NCBI GenBank assembly: GCA_002418835.1
Contig: DIEX01000031.1
Coordinates: 137,617 to 201,616, forward strand
Reading direction: 5' to 3'
DNA from: Spirochaetia bacterium UBA5763
Lineage (GTDB): Bacteria > Spirochaetota > UBA4802 > UBA5550
DNA: 64,000 nucleotides
Part shown: positions 17,793 through 27,511 of the stretch, piece after piece
Position numbering within the stretch: the stretch's first letter is position 1
Layout of the letters: each line of letters begins with the position of its first letter
Notes under the pieces: generated by a model
The model's input: the letters and a program-made list of their open reading frames with translations, nothing else
Databases searched by the model: none
What the model was told of the DNA's origin: nothing
Translations under genes and position numbers: made by a program

Positions 17793-18926
17793 TCAGGCAT
17801 GTTTTCTGCTTTTATCCCGGAACTGCGCGGGGGTCATTCCGTGAAATTTATAGAAAGCATTGTAGAACGAGGTTACTGTGTTAAATCCCACGGCATAAGA
17901 AACACTGAGTACAGAACGTTTGTGGTCTTCCAGGAGATAATTCTCTGATTCACGTATACGGTATTCATTGATGAATGTGTTGAAGTTTTTATTAAGCCTT
18001 TCATTCAGAATCTGAGACAACTGGTATGGTGTGATATCAAGTTCATCAGCAAGTTTCCCCAGTGTTATCTCCTCGTCGCAGAAAACTTTTTCATTCTCCA
18101 TAAGGTATGTCAGCCTTTCAAGCACGCTTTCGACATCTATTCTGTCAATCCGGGATGTTGAGTACCGGATCTTCAGCGCCTCTTCCTTAATATGACGGAT
18201 ATATCCGGGGTATCTCCATTTAAGCAGAAGTATTATGTAAATTTCACATGTCATAATCGCTGAAATTGTTTTAATAATTACAAGATAATATGTGCCGCTT
18301 TGCAGAACCAGTTTTACAACAAGAAATCCTGTTATATAAATAATGATCATGGCAAAGTTGAATGCCACAATCATTATTGAATATAATGTAGTAGTCCTTT
18401 CGATCAGCATCTTTTTTCTGTAGATCCTGACAGCATCTCTCCCGACGGCAAAGGCATATCCGCATATAATTGTCACAATTGAGAGAACTATGTAAGGGTA
18501 TGGGGGAAAGACTTTCGACTGACCACGGAGGCCTACAAAAGTCTGAAGCAGTTCAAGCTTTTCATCCCCGCTTTTAATATAAAAAGGGGCCAGTACTATC
18601 AATATGATTATTACAGGGATAAAATGGCAGAGAGAGGATCTCCTGAACCTGAAATTATCCCTTGTGAGTATCTGGTAGTAGAAATAAAGAAAAGGTGCCG
18701 AAAGATAGAGAAATGGTACATGTACCAGCGCCAGGTGAGGGTGGATGAAGAGAAATCCGGAAATCATAAACCCGTGATATATCTGCCAGATTCCAAGAGA
18801 GCATAAAAAACCGAAAATCAGAAAATGCGCATCTGTGCGCTTTCTTTCCACCAGATGGGCAGTGGCCATCGCGAGAGATAAACACCCTCCGAAAAGCGTG
18901 AAAAATTTAATTATCTCTGTCAGCAT
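17793..18926 (-). CDS. membrane-integrated AraC/XylS-family transcriptional regulator
   Basis: 377 aa; about 230-aa N-terminal region with 6-7 predicted TM helices, C-terminal AraC HTH (TLGKLADELDITPYQLSQILNERLNKNFNTFINEYRIRESENYL...GFNTVTSFYNAFYKFHGMTPAQFR). Confidence 0.75.
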   Translation of the reverse strand: MLTEIIKFFTLFGGCLSLAMATAHLVERKRTDAHFLIFGFLCSLGIWQIYHGFMISGFLFIHPHLALVHVPFLYLSAPFLYFYYQILTRDNFRFRRSSLCHFIPVIIILIVLAPFYIKSGDEKLELLQTFVGLRGQSKVFPPYPYIVLSIVTIICGYAFAVGRDAVRIYRKKMLIERTTTLYSIMIVAFNFAMIIIYITGFLVVKLVLQSGTYYLVIIKTISAIMTCEIYIILLLKWRYPGYIRHIKEEALKIRYSTSRIDRIDVESVLERLTYLMENEKVFCDEEITLGKLADELDITPYQLSQILNERLNKNFNTFINEYRIRESENYLLEDHKRSVLSVSYAVGFNTVTSFYNAFYKFHGMTPAQFRDKSRKHA

Positions 18927-19033
18927 TCAGTTTTATGATTCCGGAATATAATAACGCTATATAACTTAATTTATACAAATATTAAAAAAAAGCAATAAGT
19001 TCTTTAATCAATTGTCCGGCGGATTATACATAA

Positions 19034-19975
19034 TCATGATTCTGGAAAGAAGATGTTCCGGCATAGAGTTGTTTTTGCTTTTAAATTTTCAATCTGCCCC
19101 TGTATACAGGGTCTCGGATTATCACCGCAATATGTGTCAAATCTCAGCCTGTTATGTTGTACTTTTAATTTAATCAGGTATCTGCTGTCGAGAAAGAGCG
19201 GGCCTTTGAATGCAAGGTCGATCCGCAGCGGTGAATCCTTTTCATGCCGGGGGAGCTGCCGTATTGTATCAGCGCAGACCCACATTGCATGTGCTACATC
19301 ACGTTTCAGCCCGAAAAGGGGTGCTGCAAGCCTGGATATGTGAATCGGATTGTAGTCACCTGTTATTCGCGCGAACCGCTTTCCAATATTTTCAGGAATG
19401 TATGATTCGGCGTGTTCTTTACCGTCATAAATCGGTTTAATTATCTCTGAATGGGGTGATGGTGAATACATTGTGCCATAATTCCCTTTTTTCAGCCATG
19501 TTGTTATGCTTTCCCACAGCCTTTCACCATCACTTTTCAGCAGAATTATAAAATCAAATTCGATTCCCTGTTTAACAATACGTTTTTCACCCGTCATGAC
19601 TTCAAGTGTTAATGGCTCATTATCATCAATGGGCCTGTGACGAATAATATGATTCCGCAGGTGAAGTGAACCGATAAGCGGGATCGGAAATTCTTTCCGG
19701 CTCAACAGATGCATATACAGAGGTGATGCAAGAACATGGGGGTAAAGTACCGGAAGTTTCCCGTCATTTTTCAGGCCGCAGACCTCCCTGTAACGTATAA
19801 GGTTGTCGGGATCAGGTGTTATGTTCTCCATTCTCCCGAGCAGACGGGGGAGGGGTGATTCGTAAACTTTTCCCGGTCTGCGGGTAAGAATTATTCTCGC
19901 GTAATTCGCCAGTGATGAAGGTTTTTTACTGAAAGAGAGAATCTTGCGGCTGTTCATATGAATGCTCCTGTGCAT
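19034..19975 (-). CDS. MaoC-like double-hotdog protein (paralog of 16754..17632)
   Basis: 313 aa; C-terminal GDYNPIHISRLAAPLFGLKRDVAHAMW motif parallels GDSNFIHTSPFLARLAGLPGTVMHG in the other hotdog gene. Confidence 0.55.
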   Translation of the reverse strand: MHRSIHMNSRKILSFSKKPSSLANYARIILTRRPGKVYESPLPRLLGRMENITPDPDNLIRYREVCGLKNDGKLPVLYPHVLASPLYMHLLSRKEFPIPLIGSLHLRNHIIRHRPIDDNEPLTLEVMTGEKRIVKQGIEFDFIILLKSDGERLWESITTWLKKGNYGTMYSPSPHSEIIKPIYDGKEHAESYIPENIGKRFARITGDYNPIHISRLAAPLFGLKRDVAHAMWVCADTIRQLPRHEKDSPLRIDLAFKGPLFLDSRYLIKLKVQHNRLRFDTYCGDNPRPCIQGQIENLKAKTTLCRNIFFPES

Positions 19976-19985
19976 GATTTTTAGT

Positions 19986-21806
19986 CTACCAGATTACATA
20001 AATATCTTCTGCCGAAGTAAAAGCACTGGATGTTACTTCATTAAATGCCTGAACTTTGTAGTGATGGATTACACCCCATCTTAAGTCTGAATCAGTAAAT
20101 GTTATACCATCAGTGGATGTAAGGTCTTTCCACGAAATGGAATAAACATCAATTTTACGCTGGATTCTATAAAAAACTGCACCTTTCGCAGCAGTCCAAT
20201 TGATAGTAATATGTTTACTGCTTTTATCATAGTTCAGAGTTAAACCGGTTGGTGTTGCGAAAACAGTATTACCCGTTGCGTACGAACTCCTGTCGCTCTC
20301 ACCGCTGACATTTACAGCAGTTATCCTGTAGTAATATGTTTTACCCACAAAGATTGACGGGTATTCATCTGTATAAGATAATCCTGTCAGACCTGATGCT
20401 ATGAGGTTGTATGTGCCGTCTGCGGATTCTGCCCTGTAGAGTCTGTATGACTCAGCTCCTGCTGTTGAAGACCAGTTTAATATTATTAGAGCATCAGTTC
20501 TGTTTGTTGTGGCCTCAAATCCCGCCGGTACTGCCGGGATTTGAGGCATGGCATATCCTTCATCTGAAATACTTTTATAGCTTTCAACAGAATCAATTCC
20601 GGAACTCCATGCTGTCACTTTGTAAAAATAATGCGTAACAGGATATGGCGGTTTATCAATGAAAGATGTCATTAATATTTTATTAACACCGGATACAAGT
20701 GTATATATGCCGTTTATCGTTTCGCACCTGTATACAGAATACCCTGAAGCTCCGTTTACGGGAGACCATGTTAAAGTAACTGTGTCGTAGTTTCCATCTG
20801 AAGCTGCGACATTAATTGGAGCAGCTGTCTGAACAGGTGCGCCGGATTCTATTTTACCTGAAACGCCAATGCTTCTTTCACTTTCCCCGCCGGAGCTAAG
20901 TGCTGTAACAATATAATAATACGTTACATCAGGTAAAGCTGTTACATCTTCAAAGAGAAGTTCTGTGATATTTTCAGCAATGATAGCATATTCCCCTGCT
21001 GTGCCCTTTTCATCCGGCGCCCTGTAAATATTATAGGTTACATCTTTTAGTGATCTGTTCCATGTGACTTCGACTTTGTTGCCGTAAGTTCCATAAGTTG
21101 CTTTTAAGCCTGTGGGGGAAGCCGGTACATCCTCAAGAGCTATGCCATGAACTGGTTCACCGGGGTCACTTTCACCTTCAGAATTTATAGCTATAACCTG
21201 GTAGTAATACTTTTTATCTCTTGTGAGTAAGGATTCATCTTTATATTCTGTCTGTGTCGATGGTAAATCCGCAGCAAGTCCGGTATATGTACCGTCAGGT
21301 GAATCTGACCTCAGCACTTTGTATGAATCAGTTTGCGGTACAGAAGACCAGTCTATTGTAATATATCCTATTTTATCAGATGATGCTGTTACTCTTTCCG
21401 GTGAAAATGGTTTTCCTGTATGAGCAAATCCCATGGCATCGATACTGGGGGAGCTCCATGTTGTTCCACTCCCTGCGGCAACCTTGTAGTAGTAAACCCT
21501 GTTAGGTGTAACTTTATTATCTATGTAATACAGGGTTTTGATGTTCGATGCCACTACGCGGAACTGGTCCCTGTTATCAACCGATTTGTAAATGACGTAA
21601 TATTCGGCTCCGTCAGCGGCATCCCAGACAACTTTAACACTGGAGTTAAATTCACCTTCAGTTGCTGTGATTCTGGAGGGAGTGTGAGGTGCTCTCCCCG
21701 CGCCGGGATCTGCACTGTCACCGCTCTCTCCCCCTCCGCAGGAAAAGGATAAGGCAACTGCTGCAACCAGTGGCATCAGAAATATTTTAAAATTTATAAG
21801 TTTCAT
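19986..21806 (-). CDS. fibronectin type III repeat surface protein (probable lipoprotein)
   Basis: 606 aa; signal peptide with LSFSC lipobox-like site; at least five FN3-like repeats with recurring W..S....Y.VY.....G.Y and YYY.V.A.N..GES motifs. Confidence 0.65.
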   Translation of the reverse strand: MKLINFKIFLMPLVAAVALSFSCGGGESGDSADPGAGRAPHTPSRITATEGEFNSSVKVVWDAADGAEYYVIYKSVDNRDQFRVVASNIKTLYYIDNKVTPNRVYYYKVAAGSGTTWSSPSIDAMGFAHTGKPFSPERVTASSDKIGYITIDWSSVPQTDSYKVLRSDSPDGTYTGLAADLPSTQTEYKDESLLTRDKKYYYQVIAINSEGESDPGEPVHGIALEDVPASPTGLKATYGTYGNKVEVTWNRSLKDVTYNIYRAPDEKGTAGEYAIIAENITELLFEDVTALPDVTYYYIVTALSSGGESERSIGVSGKIESGAPVQTAAPINVAASDGNYDTVTLTWSPVNGASGYSVYRCETINGIYTLVSGVNKILMTSFIDKPPYPVTHYFYKVTAWSSGIDSVESYKSISDEGYAMPQIPAVPAGFEATTNRTDALIILNWSSTAGAESYRLYRAESADGTYNLIASGLTGLSYTDEYPSIFVGKTYYYRITAVNVSGESDRSSYATGNTVFATPTGLTLNYDKSSKHITINWTAAKGAVFYRIQRKIDVYSISWKDLTSTDGITFTDSDLRWGVIHHYKVQAFNEVTSSAFTSAEDIYVIW

Positions 21807-21836
21807 AAATCCCTCTCCTGCTGACAGTTTTTCATT

Positions 21837-23462
21837 TTAAGCATTTATATTTTTCGGTTTACTCTTCTTTTTATTGCCGGATTTACTTTTATCCGGTTGT
21901 TTCTCTTCAGTTCTGTTTTTTGTTTCTTCAGAGTAACTGCTTTCCTGAATCCTGTATGTAATTCCTATAGCAATACTGTATCGTTTTTCATCGTAATCCT
22001 TACGCAGGTAGCTTAATGTGGGTTGACTTACGTTTACATATTCTGTTGTATAAGCGGTTGCAGGGATGAATATCTGGTAAAAGGCTCCTATGTTTAAATC
22101 TATTTGATCATCAACATGGAATAGGGCTCCCCCTCCAATCTGATGTGAATTCAGCAGCGGATCAGCTTCAGTTCTTTTGTCAGGTTTTATTCCGAATTCG
22201 TTATATAAATAACCGATACTAAGTGTGACTTTCGGGCTAAGGATAAACTCAGCACCTCCACCAGCCTGATAACCGGTATTGTAATCTTTCTCTCTTCCGC
22301 CGAGATCACGGTTTTTCCGGAAGGACAATTGGGCTGATGAGAGGAGGTTAAGCCAGTCAAACAGCATATATGACAGTCCGAAGTTCAGGGTAGAGGGGTA
22401 TGTAACCTTCAAGGTTTTATCTCCGTTCCCTTTTTCGTAAGTCATATCTTTTCCCGATGAACCGTCTTTAAATATGTTCAGATTTCCGCTCTTTTCTATG
22501 AGGGAGGGTGCAATGAATTTGTTGGTTTTCTTCTCAAGTTCCATTGGAGGGTAATACTCGAATCTGAATGCGGCTTCCAGACCTTTAAGTGCGGAGATGA
22601 TCGTCCCGGCCCTGAAGTGAGTGCTAAGTATCAGGCCTGTACCAAAACCTGATGTATCTGTATCTATATCCCATCTGTTTTCAGTAACAGGAATACTTTC
22701 CAGTACAGGCCCGGAGCCCTGGTCTACAACGAAATTGATATTATTTATGCCAACTTTCATATTCCCCTCAGCGTGAATAAATCTCAAGCCGCCTCCTGCG
22801 GAAATCCAGTTTGCAACCTGGTATGCGCCGCCGACAGTGATTCCTATATACATTTCGTTTCTGACGGCTTCTGCATTCCGGGTATACTGTATGAGTTTGT
22901 AGGCAGGATCAAATTCTGTTTCTTTACTAAGAAGGTTGCCCCAATCCATGACAGCAAGTCCATCGGGGTATGTCATGTCAGTGGCAGCCTGCATTACTGC
23001 TATATCGAAAAACAGGGCAAGGTTTTCCTGTTTCCAGACTATGTCAATTCCGGGAACTATAGGAGCTGTAAGTTCCGCCGGATACTCTTCAGTAAGACAA
23101 TTATTAAAATCAGCTTTTTTATGTGGCGGGGACACAGGTATAGTTTCAGTATTAAGTTTCTGAAGTCCGTAGAAATCCATGCTATGCGTTCGTTTCACGT
23201 AATATGTCTGGCTTGAAAAGGATATATGCAGTCCGTTCTTTGTCATAAACGCGAGTCCGGCAGGGTTGTAGAATGCTGCATCAGGATCTGTTGATGTATT
23301 CCGGTTCAGTGTCCGTACATATTCAGCGGAGTGATTGGTCATTATCCCATCCTCCTGATGCAGTTCACTTCCTGCCGTATCCATCGAAAGTATTATTAAT
23401 ATCTGGATTATAAATAAAGCTGTCGTACAATTGCCGCGGAACTGTTTTCTTCGTTTTTTCAT
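21837..23462 (-). CDS. FadL/OmpP1/TodX-family outer-membrane transport protein
   Basis: 541 aa; signal peptide; conserved hatch-domain motif FYNPAGLAF (NPA motif of FadL family); beta-strand-rich; ends in aromatic-rich barrel segments. Confidence 0.6.
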   Translation of the reverse strand: MKKRRKQFRGNCTTALFIIQILIILSMDTAGSELHQEDGIMTNHSAEYVRTLNRNTSTDPDAAFYNPAGLAFMTKNGLHISFSSQTYYVKRTHSMDFYGLQKLNTETIPVSPPHKKADFNNCLTEEYPAELTAPIVPGIDIVWKQENLALFFDIAVMQAATDMTYPDGLAVMDWGNLLSKETEFDPAYKLIQYTRNAEAVRNEMYIGITVGGAYQVANWISAGGGLRFIHAEGNMKVGINNINFVVDQGSGPVLESIPVTENRWDIDTDTSGFGTGLILSTHFRAGTIISALKGLEAAFRFEYYPPMELEKKTNKFIAPSLIEKSGNLNIFKDGSSGKDMTYEKGNGDKTLKVTYPSTLNFGLSYMLFDWLNLLSSAQLSFRKNRDLGGREKDYNTGYQAGGGAEFILSPKVTLSIGYLYNEFGIKPDKRTEADPLLNSHQIGGGALFHVDDQIDLNIGAFYQIFIPATAYTTEYVNVSQPTLSYLRKDYDEKRYSIAIGITYRIQESSYSEETKNRTEEKQPDKSKSGNKKKSKPKNINA

Positions 23463-23485
23463 TTATTAACCTTCCGTGTTATTTT

Positions 23486-25387
23486 TTACTGTCCGTCATT
23501 CCAGCTTGTACTCCAGTCGTAACTGTCAGTGAATGGATAAGGTTTAGATGATTTGAAAATCTGTCTGTTCGTTGTTCCCATATATGTAATGTCAGTATAG
23601 GAATCTGATGCTTCTACGGTTTCTCCTCCATCAACCTTTATGTGGTATCCCAGGGTTGCGGCGTCCTCACCCTCGGCAGTTCTTACGTAGAATATTGTTC
23701 CCGGTTTGGTGCAGTTATACCCGTCTTTTGTAGCGACTCCGTCTAATTTCGCCTCCTGAGTACCGTTCGCGATAAAACCGCCATCGTTATACTTAAAACC
23801 GAGTTTACCGTCGTTGTAATTTGTAAGAGCAATGGTGCTTGTTGGCGACAGAGTGATAGACCAGTTCATAGTGCCGCTTACGAGTCCGCTTACTTTCTTG
23901 GAATTACCCCCTGCGGATGGTTTAGGTTCCCATCTGCCGGACTTTGATTTATCAAGAGAGGGAGCATATATTCCCCAGTAGAACTCGTCAATATTCAGAA
24001 GTTTAGCATAAACTGTATATTTTTTCTGTGTTGTATTATCACCGGCCACTACAGTGATATCAATCTTTGTGACCAGTCCGTACTTGAGTGGTATAACTGC
24101 TGCCGATGTACCGCTACTGAAGTCTGAAGAAACTGAAACCCCGTCAGCTGCAAAACTGATAGCTTTTACAGTGCTGTCCTCGGCAGTCGCAGTTATCTTG
24201 ATTGAGTCAAAGCCGTATATCACTGTGCAGTATTCATTTACAGTGCTGCTGAAGCCTGTCTGTTCCGGATTGTGGTACGATGCGCCCCGTACAAATGATC
24301 CGGGGTATAGCGGCCTGTAACTCTTTGTGCCCATCATCACCGTAATCCCTGAAAGATTGGGATTATCACTCCCCTGCAGGCTGTTCGCGTTGATCGTGTA
24401 AGTGGTTGAGCCTCCGCCGGATGCGGTGACAAGCACAGTGATTACGCTTATAACTCCGGGTGGAAGCGGGATAGGGGAGGTGTTGCTGACATCAGAGCCG
24501 TTAAGTTTAATGCTCACAACTGAATTTGCAGATTCAGCAACAGCAGAAAGATTAACAGGATTCATTGTTGAAGATACATCGATATTGTACGATGTTATAT
24601 CAGGATCAAAAATCCTGTCAAATTCCCCTCCGGCAATGGAGAGAACCGCAAGTCCTGATGATGTCGTTGATTCGCTCTGCCGTATTATGGTAATGGTGTA
24701 TGTATCCTCTGTTTTGCCGTCTGGAGCTATCCCCTTTATTTTTATTATGTTTATTCCCTGGTTTAAACTGATTGCTGATGTATCAGTAATTTTTATATTG
24801 TTTACTCTTACTTCGGTTTTCGCCCCTTCAGATTCAACGGCAGGCACCGCGACTAATGAAATTACTGATGCCGTAGTCATTGCTGTGAAATTTCTGTTTG
24901 AACCTGATGCATCAAATTCCGGTGCAAGTGAAATTCCATATATTGACAATTGAGAAAGTTTTGCGACTGAGTAATTTTCTGAGCATCTTATAACGTAGAT
25001 GGTATAAATAAGTTCCTGGCCATCTTCAGCTATTACCTTTATATGAATTGTGTTTGAGCCGACTTCCAGTGATATTGGATTAGAAGCAGAGTTATCATAA
25101 AGTTTTTCATCACCAATAAAGATTTCGGACCACGGGTGATTTGCAGCAGTTGTAACAGATATTGAATCTGTTGTGTAAGGGACTTCGAGGTAGTTAATCC
25201 AGTCTTCGGAGTTAAACGGATATCTTAGTGTTCCCTCAGAAAAAGAGAGGCTTTTTATAAAGTAGTCGGAGCTGAGGCCATCTTCAATTTCTGTTGCCGG
25301 CATGCCCCCGATGCTGCTTTCGCATCCGGTAAGAGCTACTATGGTTAATAATGATACTGCCATAAGAATCCGTTTTATATTATTCAT
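23486..25387 (-). CDS. lipoprotein with tandem cadherin-like beta-sandwich domains
   Basis: 633 aa; lipobox LTGC; repeated LSxLSI.G..L.P.F....Y...V......V.V.A modules typical of cadherin-like beta-sandwich (PF12733-type) domains. Confidence 0.6.
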   Translation of the reverse strand: MNNIKRILMAVSLLTIVALTGCESSIGGMPATEIEDGLSSDYFIKSLSFSEGTLRYPFNSEDWINYLEVPYTTDSISVTTAANHPWSEIFIGDEKLYDNSASNPISLEVGSNTIHIKVIAEDGQELIYTIYVIRCSENYSVAKLSQLSIYGISLAPEFDASGSNRNFTAMTTASVISLVAVPAVESEGAKTEVRVNNIKITDTSAISLNQGINIIKIKGIAPDGKTEDTYTITIIRQSESTTSSGLAVLSIAGGEFDRIFDPDITSYNIDVSSTMNPVNLSAVAESANSVVSIKLNGSDVSNTSPIPLPPGVISVITVLVTASGGGSTTYTINANSLQGSDNPNLSGITVMMGTKSYRPLYPGSFVRGASYHNPEQTGFSSTVNEYCTVIYGFDSIKITATAEDSTVKAISFAADGVSVSSDFSSGTSAAVIPLKYGLVTKIDITVVAGDNTTQKKYTVYAKLLNIDEFYWGIYAPSLDKSKSGRWEPKPSAGGNSKKVSGLVSGTMNWSITLSPTSTIALTNYNDGKLGFKYNDGGFIANGTQEAKLDGVATKDGYNCTKPGTIFYVRTAEGEDAATLGYHIKVDGGETVEASDSYTDITYMGTTNRQIFKSSKPYPFTDSYDWSTSWNDGQ

Positions 25388-25639
25388 AAAACCTCCGTAA
25401 AACCGACTCGTCAGTTCTTGAAAATATACTAATATATCGTTTTCGTGTCAAATTTTTTATAATTTTTTTTAGATTATGTAAGCTTTTAATGTTAAATTCT
25501 TATTAGTGATAAGATTTCATATTGTAGAATCTTTGATTGTCTAAAAAACGACGTTCATAATGTTAACTGTACATATTTTTTTAAGTGTCAACAGCACTAT
25601 TGCGGGGGTGGAGTGTTACGAAAGAATAATTATCGGCTG

Positions 25640-26275
25640 TCAGTTCTTTTCAGGCTGGTACATATTCAGTGTATTTTCTATGACCTTGACCATTTCATCT
25701 GTAAGGCTGTCCATGTCATGAATATTGTAGTTCTGTTTTTTAAGGACGAAGTAAAAGTAGGAGATTCTTAAAACACCGCCAAGAATTACATTTCCTGCAA
25801 AATCGATGTTCAGGCTGCTGCTAATATGTCCGAACTGTTGTCCGATTTTAATGTCATCCACAATGGCTTTCATTACAGAATCCTCGAAAATGCGTACAAC
25901 ATGTTCAATAACATCATTAAGGCCGCTGCTCATGCGGAGAATTATATTTGCCCTGTCCTGGTTTTCAGCGAAGAAAGCCATAGTTTTAGCTATCCTGTGC
26001 CGCAGGTAAGCTCTTGCGTAATCCTGACCTGTGCCCTGGCCCATGAAGTCGTTAAGGTTCAACGCGACCTTGTTCTCCCATTCGACTACATATTTCTCAA
26101 TAAGAGATATGTAAAGGCTTTCCTTGTTTCTGAAATACTGGTATATTGTACCCTTTGCAATCTGCGCGAGTTTTGAAATATCAGAAACCTGGGACTCATA
26201 GTATCCCTTTCTGGAAAAAGCTTTTTCTGCGCAGATGAGGATGTGTTCTTTGGTCTGTTCACCTTTTTTAAGCAT
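25640..26275 (-). CDS. TetR/AcrR-family transcriptional regulator
   Basis: 211 aa; N-terminal HTH (KEHILICAEKAFSRKGYYESQVSDISKLAQIAKGTIYQYFRNKESL). Confidence 0.8.
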   Translation of the reverse strand: MLKKGEQTKEHILICAEKAFSRKGYYESQVSDISKLAQIAKGTIYQYFRNKESLYISLIEKYVVEWENKVALNLNDFMGQGTGQDYARAYLRHRIAKTMAFFAENQDRANIILRMSSGLNDVIEHVVRIFEDSVMKAIVDDIKIGQQFGHISSSLNIDFAGNVILGGVLRISYFYFVLKKQNYNIHDMDSLTDEMVKVIENTLNMYQPEKN

Positions 26276-26328
26276 TTATGCGGCCTTTTAGTTTTGATAT
26301 AAAATAGTGATTTTGAATTTATTATGCC

Positions 26329-26353
26329 ACTGACAAAAGCTACAATTGTCAGA
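26329..26353. promoter_or_regulatory. candidate TetR operator palindrome
   Basis: ACTGACAA-9 nt-TTGTCAGA inverted repeat about 55 bp upstream of TetR start, in divergent region with hydrolase gene. Confidence 0.3.
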
Positions 26354-26631
26354 AAAAATGAGTCGGTAAATTTTAATAAAACTGTTCATAATTATAAAGC
26401 ATATGCGGATGATTGGCAAGTTATTTATTGTAAAAATTATTTCAGTTGAGATTGTTGTTATTTTGGGAGTGAATCCCGGGGCCTGTTATTCAGTAAATCC
26501 CGGACCCTGATTATGCCCTGAGTTGCTTTTCATTCAATTATTAACTTGACTTTCATTATTTCAGGGTGTCTGTTTCGGAATAAGCGGAACAAACCTGCCG
26601 TATCAATGACTGAAATAACAGGATTAATTTT

Positions 26632-27435
26632 ATGAACAAGGAAATTCTTCATTTCGCTCACGCGAACGGATTCCCCGGCGGAAGTTATAATAAGCTGCTT
26701 AGCCGCTTCCGGGAAAAATTTGAAGTTATTGCCATAGACCGGTTGGGTCATAATCCTGATTATCCCGTGAATAACAACTGGACTAACCTTGCGGATGAGC
26801 TGATTGCTTTTCTCGAAAACAATTCCGTTTCACCTGTTATAGGGGTGGGGCATTCTCTTGGGAGCCTTGTTACATTTATTGCAGCATATAAAAGGCCTGA
26901 TCTTTTCAAAGCGCTCATTATGCTGGATCCCCCTTTTGTTACAGGGGTATGGGGGCTGATTTTCCGATTTCTCAAGTTCACCGGTTTTGCAGACAGGATA
27001 ACGCCGGCAGGCCAGTCCAGCGGCAGAAGGTCGGTCTGGAGAGACATGAGGGAAGCTGAAGCTTATTTTATGTCGAAAAAACTTTTTCAGCAGTTTCATC
27101 CTTCATCACTCAACGATTATATCGAACATGGCATTAACCCCTGCGATGATGGTTTATGCCTCTCCTATGACGTTTCCACTGAAGTAAAAATTTTTCAGAC
27201 AATGCCTGATAATATCGGTTCATACAGCAGGCCTCTTGATATTCCGGGTGCACTTATTTACGGGGAGACAAGTCATGCGGTACATCTTCCTACATTGATA
27301 AAGTTTACGAAACGGCACGGTTTTAATCTATGTACATCCCCTGGCGGACACCTCTTCCCCCTTGAGAAACCTGATGAAGCTGCTGATGTTATAGAGAGGG
27401 AGCTGCAAGGTATTCTTTATAATCTTTCTGCTTAA
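26632..27435 (+). CDS. alpha/beta-fold hydrolase
   Basis: 267 aa; GHSLGS nucleophile elbow; typical fold length. Confidence 0.7.
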   Translation: MNKEILHFAHANGFPGGSYNKLLSRFREKFEVIAIDRLGHNPDYPVNNNWTNLADELIAFLENNSVSPVIGVGHSLGSLVTFIAAYKRPDLFKALIMLDPPFVTGVWGLIFRFLKFTGFADRITPAGQSSGRRSVWRDMREAEAYFMSKKLFQQFHPSSLNDYIEHGINPCDDGLCLSYDVSTEVKIFQTMPDNIGSYSRPLDIPGALIYGETSHAVHLPTLIKFTKRHGFNLCTSPGGHLFPLEKPDEAADVIERELQGILYNLSA

Positions 27436-27511
27436 AAGACTTCGTCGAAAAGTAATTCTCTCCAACACGGTCTCTTCCAGGCCGATAATGATAAAGAGGT
27501 AGCAATAATTT

